A stretch of DNA of 64,000 bases from an uncultured Candidatus Saccharibacteria bacterium (GCA_964594155.1 CAZQLH010000002.1:44324-108323); one strand, 5' to 3'; counted from the first letter of the stretch, positions 1-9,349 are shown. Notes: generated by a model not told the origin, from the sequence alone. Translations and numbers: made by a program.

Positions 1-900
1 CCAAACACCGCCGCCGACAAAAATACATTTTTCAATTTTCTGGTTATACTTGCCTTGATAAGAATCAATTATTTTCCTTATTTCAATAACAATAGCTCCT
101 AAACTAGGCTGAATGCTTCCTTTTAGTTGAGGTGTAATTTCATTAGACAGTTGTTTGTCTGACAACTCTTTTTTTAACATTTCTGCCTTTTCTAAACTCA
201 AATCTACTTGTTGAGCAATAGCTTGAGTTATTTTTGCTCCTCCTATTTCCAAATTATGAGTTATTCGAATATACCCATCATCAATAATACTAACGCTAAT
301 AGAACGCGCGCCAGCGTCAATTAAAATAATAGCGCTTTTGTCATTGCCAACTAAAACACGGGCCAAGCTAAAAACTTCTTCTTCCATAGCTTTAAGATTT
401 AACCCTGCTAAAATGGCTATCTGTTTATAGTTATTAACGATTTTTTTAGGTACAGCAATAAGCAATGCTTGATACTCGGATTTTTTAACCGGTGAATCAA
501 CAATACTCCAATCCAAAACTACTTCAGATATAGGAATCGGAATATATTTCTTTGCCTCAAAAGGAATAGCCGCGGCAATTTCTTTTTCAGACATATTCGG
601 AAAATCAATCAGAGTTGAAAAACTAAAGCAAATAGGAATAGAAAAATAAGCATCCTTAGATTCAATCTTTGCTTCTTTAATGCTCTTCTTTATAATCCCG
701 GCTACTTCTTCATTAGAAATCTTAAGAGACCTTGAGCTAACCTTGTAATCATTTTTCTTAAGATACTCTTCTAAAGAAAAAATAGCGTAATTTTTCAATT
801 CGTATCTTTGGTCTTGTTTTTTCAATTCAACCAGCTTAACTGCTGAAGCGCCAATATCAACACCTAAAAAACTCTTTGGCTTTTTTTTAAATAAAAACAT
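1..900 (-). CDS. pilM: Type IV pilus assembly protein PilM (actin-like ATPase), partial; the C-terminus runs off the window start
   Basis: ATG at 900 on the minus strand. N-terminus MFLFKKKPKSFLGVDIGASAVKLVEL and a later VGGG motif are typical of PilM/FtsA-fold proteins. Confidence 0.7.
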   Translation of the reverse strand, partial: MFLFKKKPKSFLGVDIGASAVKLVELKKQDQRYELKNYAIFSLEEYLKKNDYKVSSRSLKISNEEVAGIIKKSIKEAKIESKDAYFSIPICFSFSTLIDFPNMSEKEIAAAIPFEAKKYIPIPISEVVLDWSIVDSPVKKSEYQALLIAVPKKIVNNYKQIAILAGLNLKAMEEEVFSLARVLVGNDKSAIILIDAGARSISVSIIDDGYIRITHNLEIGGAKITQAIAQQVDLSLEKAEMLKKELSDKQLSNEITPQLKGSIQPSLGAIVIEIRKIIDSYQGKYNQKIEKCIFVGGGVW

Positions 901-993
901 TGTCTTGTTTCAGTTAATATGATTATACCATATCTGAAAAAGCAAACCAATTAAAGATATCCACAATCTCTTATAATATGATAAAATATATTT

Positions 994-1641
994 ATGAAAA
1001 AATTTATCCTTGATTTGCTATTTCCTATTAGCTGTCTTGAATGCAACCAAGAAGGAAAATTTATCTGTTCTGCTTGTTTTGAAAAAATACCGCTTATTAA
1101 AAATCAACCAGTTAAAAATTTAATTATTACTAGCCATTATAATCATCCTTTAATTAAAAAAGCTGTTCATAGATATAAATATGACTTTGTTAAAAAATTA
1201 GCCAAGCCCCTTGGGCATTTAATGGTTAAAAAACTAAATCAACAAAATATTAAAAATCCTATTCTTATTCCTATTCCTCTTCATTTAAAACGTCTTAGAT
1301 GGCGCGGATTTAACCAGGCTGATCTTCTTGCCCGGCAAATCAGCAAAGAATTAAATATTCCTATAATCAATAATCTGCTCATCCGAACAAAACATACTTT
1401 GCCGCAGATGAAAATTAAAAATGCCAAAAAGAGAAAACAAAACATTAAACATGCCTTTGCTTTAAATTCAAGGAACGTCTTGAAAAATGATGTTCTTGGA
1501 ACAAGGACGTCATTTTCAGGACGTTCCTTTATTCTCATAGACGATATCTCCACAACCGGCGCCACCTTAAAAGAATGCGCTAAAGTATTAAAGCCATTAA
1601 AACCAAAAAAGATTTATGGATTAGTAATAGCTAAGGGGTGA
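994..1641 (+). CDS. comFC: ComF family protein (ComFC-like; double zinc ribbon plus phosphoribosyltransferase domain)
   Basis: N-terminal CxxC...CxxC, a central RWRGFNQA and C-terminal ILIDDISTTGATL PRTase motif. Confidence 0.75.
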   Translation: MKKFILDLLFPISCLECNQEGKFICSACFEKIPLIKNQPVKNLIITSHYNHPLIKKAVHRYKYDFVKKLAKPLGHLMVKKLNQQNIKNPILIPIPLHLKRLRWRGFNQADLLARQISKELNIPIINNLLIRTKHTLPQMKIKNAKKRKQNIKHAFALNSRNVLKNDVLGTRTSFSGRSFILIDDISTTGATLKECAKVLKPLKPKKIYGLVIAKG

Positions 1642-1645
1642 TAAT

Positions 1646-1675
1646 AAAAAACTGTCTATTAGTTAGACAGTTTTC
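1646..1675. terminator. Bidirectional hairpin between convergent genes
   Basis: aaaaactgtcta-ttagt-tagacagtttt: perfect stem flanked by an A-tract and a T-tract. Confidence 0.5.
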
Positions 1676-1702
1676 TAATTCTTTAAGAAATGATATTTAA
1701 AA

Positions 1703-2377
1703 TTAGTCAATGAATTTGAAACTTTGAACCATGTTATTAAAAACATCAAAATTACAACGATCTTTAATATGATCGCGACACCTGATTACATATAAATTAT
1801 CAGACTTATTTGCAGTAATAATATTATCAACATGCCAATATTCTTTATTATCTATTTTCCATTTATGCTCTATTTTATAATAAGTTGCTTTTTCATTTCC
1901 TAATAACATCCATGATTCTGTTTTTGTATTTGGAGCGTTTATTTGCATAATTCCATTAATATATTCGTCATCATTCATATCTTCAATAAAAAATATATCA
2001 ATTGAATATGTATCTTCTGATGTTTTGTCTTGCGGAAGAAAAGCAAAAGAATGATATTTAGGATTTATATCATCTTTTTTTGTAAATTTCCATGTTTCTG
2101 GATACCTCACCTCAAATTCATACTCTTCATTTCTATAGGTCTGCCAAAGAATTGTTTTGTCAGTTATCTGTTGTTGATTAACTTGTTGTTGGTTGTTTGG
2201 TTGTTCTTCTGGTTCAGAATAATAATATTGATAAGTAATATAACCTCCTGCGCCAACAACAACTATAATTAAAACTGCGATTAAAATAATATCCCAGGCA
2301 GGCAAATGAAATTTTTTTGGAATGTTTGGCTGTTGTGATTGATTTTCTAATTGATCCATATATTTATATTTTATCAT
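1703..2377 (-). CDS. Hypothetical single-pass membrane protein with a Q/N-rich linker
   Basis: ORF of 224 aa with an N-terminal TM helix (ILIAVLIIVVVGAGGYI) and no recognisable domain. Confidence 0.45.
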   Translation of the reverse strand: MIKYKYMDQLENQSQQPNIPKKFHLPAWDIILIAVLIIVVVGAGGYITYQYYYSEPEEQPNNQQQVNQQQITDKTILWQTYRNEEYEFEVRYPETWKFTKKDDINPKYHSFAFLPQDKTSEDTYSIDIFFIEDMNDDEYINGIMQINAPNTKTESWMLLGNEKATYYKIEHKWKIDNKEYWHVDNIITANKSDNLYVIRCRDHIKDRCNFDVFNNMVQSFKFID

Positions 2378-2472
2378 GATTAATTAAAATAGTATATGTG
2401 GATAAATTAAAAATCTAATCTAAAACAACACTTGAAGAAACGATTAAAATAAGGTATTGTAAAAATAGCTTT

Positions 2473-2557
2473 GGAAGAGTCGGATAACGGTATTCCAGCA
2501 GCTTGCTAAGCTGTCGCCCTTTTGGGCTTGCGGGTTCGAATCCCGCCTCTTCCGCCA
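2473..2557 (+). tRNA. tRNA-Ser (anticodon GCT)
   Basis: Cloverleaf read by eye: acceptor GGAAGAG/CTCTTCC, 3-bp D stem, anticodon loop TTGCTAA, long variable arm, GTTCGAAT T-loop and encoded CCA. Confidence 0.85.
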
Positions 2558-2558
2558 G

Positions 2559-2999
2559 ATGACTATTCAAAATACAATAAATAAAGTATTGCCTATTTTT
2601 AACTCTTATCCAGAAATAAAACTGGTTTATTTTTTTGGTTCAAAAATAACAAATAAAACAGGGTCATTGAGCGATTATGACTTTGCTGTCTATTTAGATA
2701 AAAAAAATAAAAAAAAGCTATTTGAAATTAAAATAAAATTATTAAATCAAATAAGCGATGTTTTAAAAACTGATAAAGTTGATATTGTTATTCTAAACAC
2801 AGTTGAACAACCAGAATTAAAATACAATATAATCAAACAAGGAAAATTAATTCTTGAAAAAGAACCTTTTAAAATTTTAATTGAACCAAAAATCCTAAAT
2901 GAATATTTTGATTTTCGAACTCTACTTTTAAAATATAATTTAACAAAACCTATATATGGAGAGGTTAGATTACGCAGCGAATCTCTCTTTCTTTATTAA
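2559..2999 (+). CDS. Nucleotidyltransferase-domain protein (MNT-like minimal nucleotidyltransferase)
   Basis: FFGS...GSLSDYDFAVYLD matches the GS-x(9-13)-DxD nucleotidyltransferase signature. The start abuts the tRNA. Confidence 0.6.
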   Translation: MTIQNTINKVLPIFNSYPEIKLVYFFGSKITNKTGSLSDYDFAVYLDKKNKKKLFEIKIKLLNQISDVLKTDKVDIVILNTVEQPELKYNIIKQGKLILEKEPFKILIEPKILNEYFDFRTLLLKYNLTKPIYGEVRLRSESLFLY

Positions 3000-3036
3000 T
3001 TTTCATATTAAAACTTTTTTAATTTATAATAAAAAA

Positions 3037-3921
3037 ATGTCTAGCCTAATAATTAAGAATAATAAAATTATTTGTGCCATCCCGCTTACAGGCGCTACAA
3101 GCAAAATCAGAGTAAAAAAACGTATTAATAATTTTGGAAACCCAGTTTCAGTAAAAAAGAATCCTTTTACTGATGATTTTTATATTGAATGGCAGATATC
3201 TTATTTTCTTCCTTTTGATAAAATTTGGGATAATTATAGAAAGGCAAAAAATAAAAAAGTAAGACTAAAAATTATTAATGATCTTTCTTTAAATTATAAA
3301 AACAAGAATGTTGTTTCTGCTTTAAAAAATTTTATACAAAATAATAAGATAAATAGCAAAAAAGAGTTTAAAAATAAATTAGAAAATATCTTTAAAAAAC
3401 ATAATGAAACAATAATAAAAAAAGAACATAAAAACGATAATATTTATGTTCGTTATGAGTTAGCTGATATGTTCAAATTTGCTCTAGAAAATAATTTAAT
3501 AAACAAAAAAGAAATTAAGAGTTTAATAGGTTTTAATCAAGATAAAACTCTTGATATTGAAAAGCAATATAAAATTATCAGAACATCTGTTAATAAAAAG
3601 ATTTATAATAAATTTGAGTATTATGAAGAAAAGACACCATTATTTATAAATAAAATAAATGAAAATAATTTTGTAGAGATTATCTTAGAACATAAACAAC
3701 GTGCTGTTGGATATCAAAGTATGATTTATTTTTGCTCTTATATTAAAAATTTATTTGATGATAAAGAACAGTCGATTATTGGCAGAACAGCTAAATCTAA
3801 TGAGATTATATACCTACCCATAGGAAAAGAAGATCTAGTTAATATTGCTGAAAGTTTTATGGTTGCCTCTCAAGATCATCTTTGGGATATGAAAAAAATA
3901 TTAAATGATATTATTAAATAA
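3037..3921 (+). CDS. Hypothetical protein (294 aa) and a candidate unrecognised nuclease/defense component
   Basis: ORF with an ATG at 3037 in frame with the track ORF. No motif recognised. It is convergent and tail-overlapping with the gamma-class MTase. Confidence 0.45.
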   Translation: MSSLIIKNNKIICAIPLTGATSKIRVKKRINNFGNPVSVKKNPFTDDFYIEWQISYFLPFDKIWDNYRKAKNKKVRLKIINDLSLNYKNKNVVSALKNFIQNNKINSKKEFKNKLENIFKKHNETIIKKEHKNDNIYVRYELADMFKFALENNLINKKEIKSLIGFNQDKTLDIEKQYKIIRTSVNKKIYNKFEYYEEKTPLFINKINENNFVEIILEHKQRAVGYQSMIYFCSYIKNLFDDKEQSIIGRTAKSNEIIYLPIGKEDLVNIAESFMVASQDHLWDMKKILNDIIK

Positions 3922-5044
3922 TAACTTTAAAGTTATAAATATCCTCTTTTTTAATTGATTTACTGCCTACTCGGCAAGTGATATTTCTAAAATAATCAAT
4001 TCTTTCGTTAATTTGTTTACAGATAATTTCTTTTATCTGTTTATTTTTTTTATATTGATCTTGGACATCAAAAACGTAAAACATATCATTTAGAATATCT
4101 TCCCTTGCATTAACTAAACCACATTTTCCTACGCTTGCATTTCCCACTCGAACTACTGCAATTTTATAATCCTCAATTGTTTTGCCTAATGGAATTTTGT
4201 TTTTTGCAAGAATATTTTTAGCTGAAATATTGTTTTCTTTGTATGATTTTTGGACTTTTATGTTTTTACTTTCAAAATATTTATTTAACGGAACGCCTTT
4301 ATCATTTTCAACATATCCATTATTTTTATGAAAAATTACTTGTGGAATTAATTCTTCATTAAATTTATCTATATTAAATACTTCCTCATTCTTAATGCTG
4401 TTTTCGTATATTATAATTATTTTATCTTTTAATTTTTCGATATTAGCAAATATAGCAAAGCAACAAGGTATATTTCTATCAAACCAAATTTTATCATTTT
4501 GATAAACAATAATTGATGAAAAATATTTTAAAATTTCAATTTTAATATTTTTATTTTTATTTTTTATGAAGAAAGAAATAGGCAAAACAAAACCAATGGA
4601 AGAATTTTCATTTTTTAAATGCTTTAATGATTTTAATATAAAAGCATTTTCAATTTTTTCTTTTTCTTTTTTCATTTCTATCTTTGTTAAATAATCAATT
4701 AGCGAGACTTCTGATTTTAAATAATTTTTTGGAAAAAAATAACTTTCTTTTAGATTATACTTGCTAAACGGAGGGTTGCCCACAATAAAATCATATTTAT
4801 TTTGGACTGATAGATTAAAAAAATCAGATGGTTTTTTTGTTAATTCTGGGTCTATTTCACAATCATTAGTATTTTTAAATCCTTTTTCTTTTAAAACTCT
4901 AACAAAATTACCTGTTCCAGATGAAGGTTCTAATATTTTTATATTTTCATTGTATTTTTTATAACTAAATAATAAATCTAATAGTTTTTTAACTATTTCG
5001 ATTTTCGTAAAATATTGACCTAAAATTTCTTGTTTATTTATCAT
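3914..5044 (-). CDS. N6-adenine DNA methyltransferase, gamma-class (M.TaqI-like)
   Basis: GQYFT, ILEPSSGTGNF (motif I) preceding VGNPPFSKY (motif IV NPPF), with a C-terminal TRD-like region. Confidence 0.8.
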   Translation of the reverse strand: MINKQEILGQYFTKIEIVKKLLDLLFSYKKYNENIKILEPSSGTGNFVRVLKEKGFKNTNDCEIDPELTKKPSDFFNLSVQNKYDFIVGNPPFSKYNLKESYFFPKNYLKSEVSLIDYLTKIEMKKEKEKIENAFILKSLKHLKNENSSIGFVLPISFFIKNKNKNIKIEILKYFSSIIVYQNDKIWFDRNIPCCFAIFANIEKLKDKIIIIYENSIKNEEVFNIDKFNEELIPQVIFHKNNGYVENDKGVPLNKYFESKNIKVQKSYKENNISAKNILAKNKIPLGKTIEDYKIAVVRVGNASVGKCGLVNAREDILNDMFYVFDVQDQYKKNKQIKEIICKQINERIDYFRNITCRVGSKSIKKEDIYNFKVII

Positions 5045-5046
5045 AA

Positions 5047-5685
5047 TTAAAACTTTTTTAGTCTGTTAATAGCTAACTCACAATATTTTGGATCAATTTC
5101 AAATCCTATATAATTTCTTTTTAATTGTTTGCAAGCAACTGCCGTGCTCCCGCTTCCGATAAAGGGATCTAAAATAACATCATTTTCTTTTGAAAACATC
5201 ATCAAAATTTCTTTGATAAAAGTTTTAGGCTTAGGTGTGGGGTGATTGATAAAGCCTTCATCTGGCTCTACCATTTTTCCTGGAGTATCTATAAAAATAT
5301 CTTTACCTCTCTTAGTCATTTTTGGATTGCCCTTTTTAAACACCATACAAGACATATATTTTGTAAATCCTATTGGCGATATTACTCTTCCATTGGGACA
5401 GAATAAAACGAAGTTCCAAAAATATTGAAATGGATTATTTTTAAAAATATCTGGCAAAAATTTTGTACTGAAAAAAGTTATTAAAAATGCATCATTTTTC
5501 AAAACTTTATAACTTTCAGGCAATATTGAATAAAATAAATTTAAATTATGATCATTTTTGATGCCCGTTTTATTTAAACCATAAGGAGGATCTGTAAAAA
5601 TTAAATCAATAGAATTATCTGGCAAGGATTTTAATCCCTCAAGGCAGTCTATATTCTGAATTGTATTAACCCAATTTTTTGCCAT
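5047..5685 (-). CDS. DNA methyltransferase, beta-class (N4-cytosine or N6-adenine; PF01555-like)
   Basis: DLIFTDPPYGL (motif IV) precedes ILDPFIGSGSTAVAC (motif I), which is the beta-class motif order. Confidence 0.8.
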   Translation of the reverse strand: MAKNWVNTIQNIDCLEGLKSLPDNSIDLIFTDPPYGLNKTGIKNDHNLNLFYSILPESYKVLKNDAFLITFFSTKFLPDIFKNNPFQYFWNFVLFCPNGRVISPIGFTKYMSCMVFKKGNPKMTKRGKDIFIDTPGKMVEPDEGFINHPTPKPKTFIKEILMMFSKENDVILDPFIGSGSTAVACKQLKRNYIGFEIDPKYCELAINRLKKF

Positions 5686-5890
5686 GTTTTTTAGTTTTTA
5701 AGATTTTTATTAAATCTTCACCCTTAAATCTCCTCAGACCATTAAATTTAATTGAAGGTATTTTATTCTCGGCAATATATCTTTTAATAGTGACTGGCGA
5801 AACCTTTAAAATTTCAGCCACTTCTTCAGTAGTATAAATTTGATTTTTATCCACAGTCATAGTAATATTGAAAGTATCAATTAGTATCAT
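5666..5890 (-). CDS. Excisionase/MerR-type HTH DNA-binding protein (possible controller)
   Basis: 74 aa. EEVAEILKVSPVTIKRYIAENKIPSIKFNGLRRF resembles an HTH_17 excisionase-family domain. It overlaps the MTase by 20 nt, suggesting an operon. Confidence 0.6.
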   Translation of the reverse strand: MILIDTFNITMTVDKNQIYTTEEVAEILKVSPVTIKRYIAENKIPSIKFNGLRRFKGEDLIKILKTKKHGKKLG

Positions 5891-5943
5891 ATTTAGTATA
5901 ACATATCTTATGTCAAAAGGGAAAAGAAAAACTGATTTTAAAT

Positions 5944-6447
5944 ATGGATAAAGAAATACAACAACTAATCCAGATTACAAACAAAACCTTTGGTTCTGAA
6001 AAACAAGCGTATGCTTATTTAAAAAACTTGGTTTCAAGATATAACAAGAAACTATTTAATAACATCTTGCCGCCAGTTCAAATAAGTATAGTTCCAAAAA
6101 TAGAACCTATCTATAATTTTGGAGGTGCGCAATATAAATCGTGGCATCGTATACCTCAGATTTTTTTACATGTAGAAGCAATAAACTCAAAAGAAAAAGT
6201 CAATATTATAGTAGTACATGAATTGATACATCACTGGGAATATAATGTTAAAACAGATAAGGATTCTGCTATATATCCACAAAAGATAGATGACCTAATA
6301 AAATCTTCTTATTCTAACAAACAGGAAAGAATATGGCGCGCAGGCCACTCAAAACATTTTATTGCAAAAAGTTACGAAATCTCTTCTAATCTTAATGTAG
6401 ATATTGGCCAGCTACTTTCTGGTCAAATGAAAAGAAAAAATAATTAA
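5944..6447 (+). CDS. SprT-like HExxH zinc-metallopeptidase domain protein
   Basis: VVHELIHHWEY resembles the SprT-like HExxH(W) motif. It is divergent from the HTH gene. Confidence 0.45.
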   Translation: MDKEIQQLIQITNKTFGSEKQAYAYLKNLVSRYNKKLFNNILPPVQISIVPKIEPIYNFGGAQYKSWHRIPQIFLHVEAINSKEKVNIIVVHELIHHWEYNVKTDKDSAIYPQKIDDLIKSSYSNKQERIWRAGHSKHFIAKSYEISSNLNVDIGQLLSGQMKRKNN

Positions 6448-6595
6448 TAGACCTTAATTTAAAACTTAGGAATTTCAAACCAGCTCGGATTTTTTCTGTA
6501 TAATTTGCATAATTCGCAGATTTTTGGTTTAATATAAGGTAACAGAAAGTTCTAACTTTTGGAAATCCACACCGCCAGTAAAAATATAAAATAAT

Positions 6596-6685
6596 GGAGA
6601 GGTGCCGGAGTCTGGTTGAACGGGATAGTCTTGAAAACTATTGTTGTCTTTGACAACCGTGGGTTCGAATCCCACCCTCTCCGCC
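6596..6685 (+). tRNA. tRNA-Ser (anticodon TGA)
   Basis: Acceptor GGAGAGG/CCTCTCC, anticodon stem ATAGT/ACTAT with loop CTTGAAA, long variable arm and GTTCGAAT. Confidence 0.85.
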
Positions 6686-6760
6686 TTTGCCTCGCCGAAG
6701 CTCTGCTTTGCAGAGCGAAGGCGGGCTTTGCCCGCTTTTCGGCTCAGCTTCGGCGTGATA
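6686..6760 (+). other. GC-rich nested-hairpin element immediately 3' of tRNA-Ser
   Basis: An outer 9-bp stem gccgaagct/agcttcggc encloses hairpins ctctgc-ttt-gcagag and ggcgggc-ttt-gcccgc. It is strongly GC-rich in an AT-rich genome. Confidence 0.4.
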
Positions 6761-6773
6761 AATCCGCTATATT

Positions 6774-7238
6774 ATGTCAAAAAATCAAATTAAATGGTCA
6801 GCTCCTGAATTTGAATATTATAATAAAGAAAAATCCTGGTTTGTAATCACTGGCATATTTGCCATCATATTATTTCTATGGGCTTTGTTCACTAAAAACA
6901 TCCTTTTTGTCTTATTAATCGGATTAGGATACTTTTCAATAGTTGCTTTTGGCCTTAAAAAACCAAGGGATATAAAATTGGCTATTACTCCTAAAGGAGT
7001 TCAGATTGAAAAAACTGTTTATCCTTTTGATAATTTAAAATCCTTTTGGATTTTTTATGATCCAGACGGGCCAAAAGAAATCAGCTTGCGGAGCAAAAAA
7101 ACAGTTATACCATATATTAAAATACCCTTAGGCAGCCAAAACCCGGCTGAAATCAGAAAAATCTTAATCAAATACTTGCCTGAAAGAAAACATGCTGAAT
7201 CTTTAATTGATAATTTATCCAGAAGCTTAAAATTTTAA
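6774..7238 (+). CDS. Hypothetical membrane protein (two TM helices)
   Basis: 154-aa ORF with hydrophobic segments and no recognised domain. Confidence 0.5.
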   Translation: MSKNQIKWSAPEFEYYNKEKSWFVITGIFAIILFLWALFTKNILFVLLIGLGYFSIVAFGLKKPRDIKLAITPKGVQIEKTVYPFDNLKSFWIFYDPDGPKEISLRSKKTVIPYIKIPLGSQNPAEIRKILIKYLPERKHAESLIDNLSRSLKF

Positions 7239-7240
7239 AT

Positions 7241-7314
7241 GTCCTCGTAGCTCAGTTGGATAGAGCGCTTCCTTGCGGAGGAAGAGGCCGCAGGTTCGAA
7301 TCCTGCCGAGGATG
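7241..7314 (+). tRNA. tRNA-Arg (anticodon GCG)
   Basis: Acceptor GTCCTCG/CGAGGAT (G1-U72), D stem GCTC/GAGC, anticodon stem CTTCC/GGAAG with loop TTGCGGA, and GTTCGAAT. Confidence 0.7.
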
Positions 7315-7315
7315 C

Positions 7316-9346
7316 ATGTTGTCTTTAAATACTAAAATTAAAAATATTAAAAAAGTAGGTCCTGCTTATTTGAAAAAGCTTCATAAGCTTAACATCAAAA
7401 ACATCCAGGACCTATTTTTTCATTTCCCCCATAGATATGATGATTTTAGCAAGACAGTTTTAATTAGCAATCTTAAACAAGGACAAATAGCAACTATTCA
7501 AGCAAAAGTTAATGAAATAAAGAACACTCGGATTCCTTATAAAAAAATGGTTTTAACTGAAGCTTTGGTTAAAGATAAAAGCGGCACCATTAAAATTGTC
7601 TGGTTTAACCAGCCATATTTAATTGATACTCTTAAAAAAGGCAAAACAGCTAATTTTTCCGGCAAATTGACTTTTTCTAAAAAAACTCTTTGTCTTTCTA
7701 ATCCGGTTTACGAGATTGCTAATAGAAAAAAAGATGCAACTCATACCGGCAGATTAGTTCCAGTATATCACGAAACAGCCGGCTTATCTTCCCGCTATCT
7801 CCGTTATTTAATCAAACCCTTATTATTCCTAACTGATAAAATAACTGACTTTCTGCCTGAACAAATTAAGAAAGAATTCAACCTGTTTAACCTTAATCAA
7901 GCTATCAAGCAAATTCATTTTCCAGACAACGCTGTTTCAGCTCAAAAGGCTCGCCAGCGATTGGCTTTTGATGAGTTTTTTTTAATCCAATTAAGCGCGC
8001 TTAAACAAAAACAAAAACTAGCTCAAGAAAAAGCGCCTGATATTCCTTTTGATCAAAAACTAATTAAAGCTTTTGTCAAAAGCCTGCCTTTTAAATTAAC
8101 TAATGATCAAAGAATAACTGCCTGGGAAATTCTTCAAGACATTAATCAGGATAAACCCATGAATCGATTGCTTAATGGCGATGTTGGATCAGGCAAAACC
8201 ATTGTTGCCATTATATCTGCCCTGGAAACTGCTAAAACCGGGTATCAAGCTGCTTTAATGGCGCCAACTGAAATACTGGCTAAGCAGCATTTTGAAACTT
8301 TTAAGAAATTCCTTAAAAAATCTAATTTAAAAATCGCCTTATTAACCAGCTCTGAAGTTAGATTAACTAAAAAAACAACCCGGGCCAAATTAAAAAAGCA
8401 AATCTCTGACGGAAAAATAGACATTATTATAGGCACTCATTCATTAATTCAGGAAGATTTATCTTTTAATAATTTAGCCTTGGCTATTATTGATGAACAA
8501 CATCGTTTTGGCGTTGCTCAACGAGCTGCTTTGCAAAGAAAGATTTATCAAATAAAAGACGGATTGTCAACAATACCGCATCTGCTTTCAATGACAGCCA
8601 CTCCTATTCCCAGAACTTTGGCTTTAACTCTTTATGGCGACTTGGATATTTCTTTAATTAAAAAAATGCCCCGAGGCAGAAAAAAAATAATCACTAAAAT
8701 CATTACTCCGGATGACCGGCAAAAAACCTATGATTTTATCAAAAACCAGATTAAACAAAAAAAACAGGTCTTTGTTATTTGCCCGCTAATTGATGAATCG
8801 GATAAATTAGCGGTCAAATCTGTAACTCAAGAATACAAAAAGCTTTCTCAAGAAATATTTCCTCAATTAAGAATCAACATGCTTCATGGCAAGCTTAAAC
8901 CAAAAGAAAAAGAAAACATTATGAAAGATTTCCAAAAAAGAAAAACAGATATTTTGATTTCTACTTCAGTGGTTGAAGTCGGCGTTGATATTCCCAATGC
9001 CACAGTAATGATGATTGAAGGAGCTGACCGATTTGGCTTGGCTCAGCTTCATCAATTCCGAGGCAGAATTGGCCGAAGCAGCGATCAATCCTATTGTTTT
9101 CTTTTTGCTGATTCTCCAGCGAAAAAAACAAATCAGCGGCTCAAAGCCATTGTTATTAACCAAGACGGCTTTGAATTAGCTGAAAAAGATTTAAAAATCA
9201 GAGGAGCTGGCGATTTCTTGGGAACCCGCCAATGGGGATTTCCTGATTTAATTATGGCTTCTTTAAATGATATTGATTTAATCAAACAAGCTCGTCAGGC
9301 AGCCAGCATTGTTTTAGAAAAAAACTTAATTAATCAAAATCTTTAG
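7316..9346 (+). CDS. recG: ATP-dependent DNA helicase RecG
   Basis: N-terminal LFFHFPHRYDD wedge motif, helicase motifs GDVGSGKT and DEQHRFG, and a C-terminal QLHQFRGRIGR. Confidence 0.85.
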   Translation: MLSLNTKIKNIKKVGPAYLKKLHKLNIKNIQDLFFHFPHRYDDFSKTVLISNLKQGQIATIQAKVNEIKNTRIPYKKMVLTEALVKDKSGTIKIVWFNQPYLIDTLKKGKTANFSGKLTFSKKTLCLSNPVYEIANRKKDATHTGRLVPVYHETAGLSSRYLRYLIKPLLFLTDKITDFLPEQIKKEFNLFNLNQAIKQIHFPDNAVSAQKARQRLAFDEFFLIQLSALKQKQKLAQEKAPDIPFDQKLIKAFVKSLPFKLTNDQRITAWEILQDINQDKPMNRLLNGDVGSGKTIVAIISALETAKTGYQAALMAPTEILAKQHFETFKKFLKKSNLKIALLTSSEVRLTKKTTRAKLKKQISDGKIDIIIGTHSLIQEDLSFNNLALAIIDEQHRFGVAQRAALQRKIYQIKDGLSTIPHLLSMTATPIPRTLALTLYGDLDISLIKKMPRGRKKIITKIITPDDRQKTYDFIKNQIKQKKQVFVICPLIDESDKLAVKSVTQEYKKLSQEIFPQLRINMLHGKLKPKEKENIMKDFQKRKTDILISTSVVEVGVDIPNATVMMIEGADRFGLAQLHQFRGRIGRSSDQSYCFLFADSPAKKTNQRLKAIVINQDGFELAEKDLKIRGAGDFLGTRQWGFPDLIMASLNDIDLIKQARQAASIVLEKNLINQNL

Positions 9347-9349
9347 AAT

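Noticed and set aside
1281-1565. Antisense ORFs within comFC, gyrA, valS, nrdJ and others (many on the track)
   Set aside because: They lie fully inside longer, well-supported genes on the opposite strand and have atypical composition.
6616-6846. 76-aa plus-strand ORF
   Set aside because: It starts inside tRNA-Ser(TGA) and runs through the GC-rich hairpin element. It is an Ala/Arg/Leu low-complexity translation of structured DNA.
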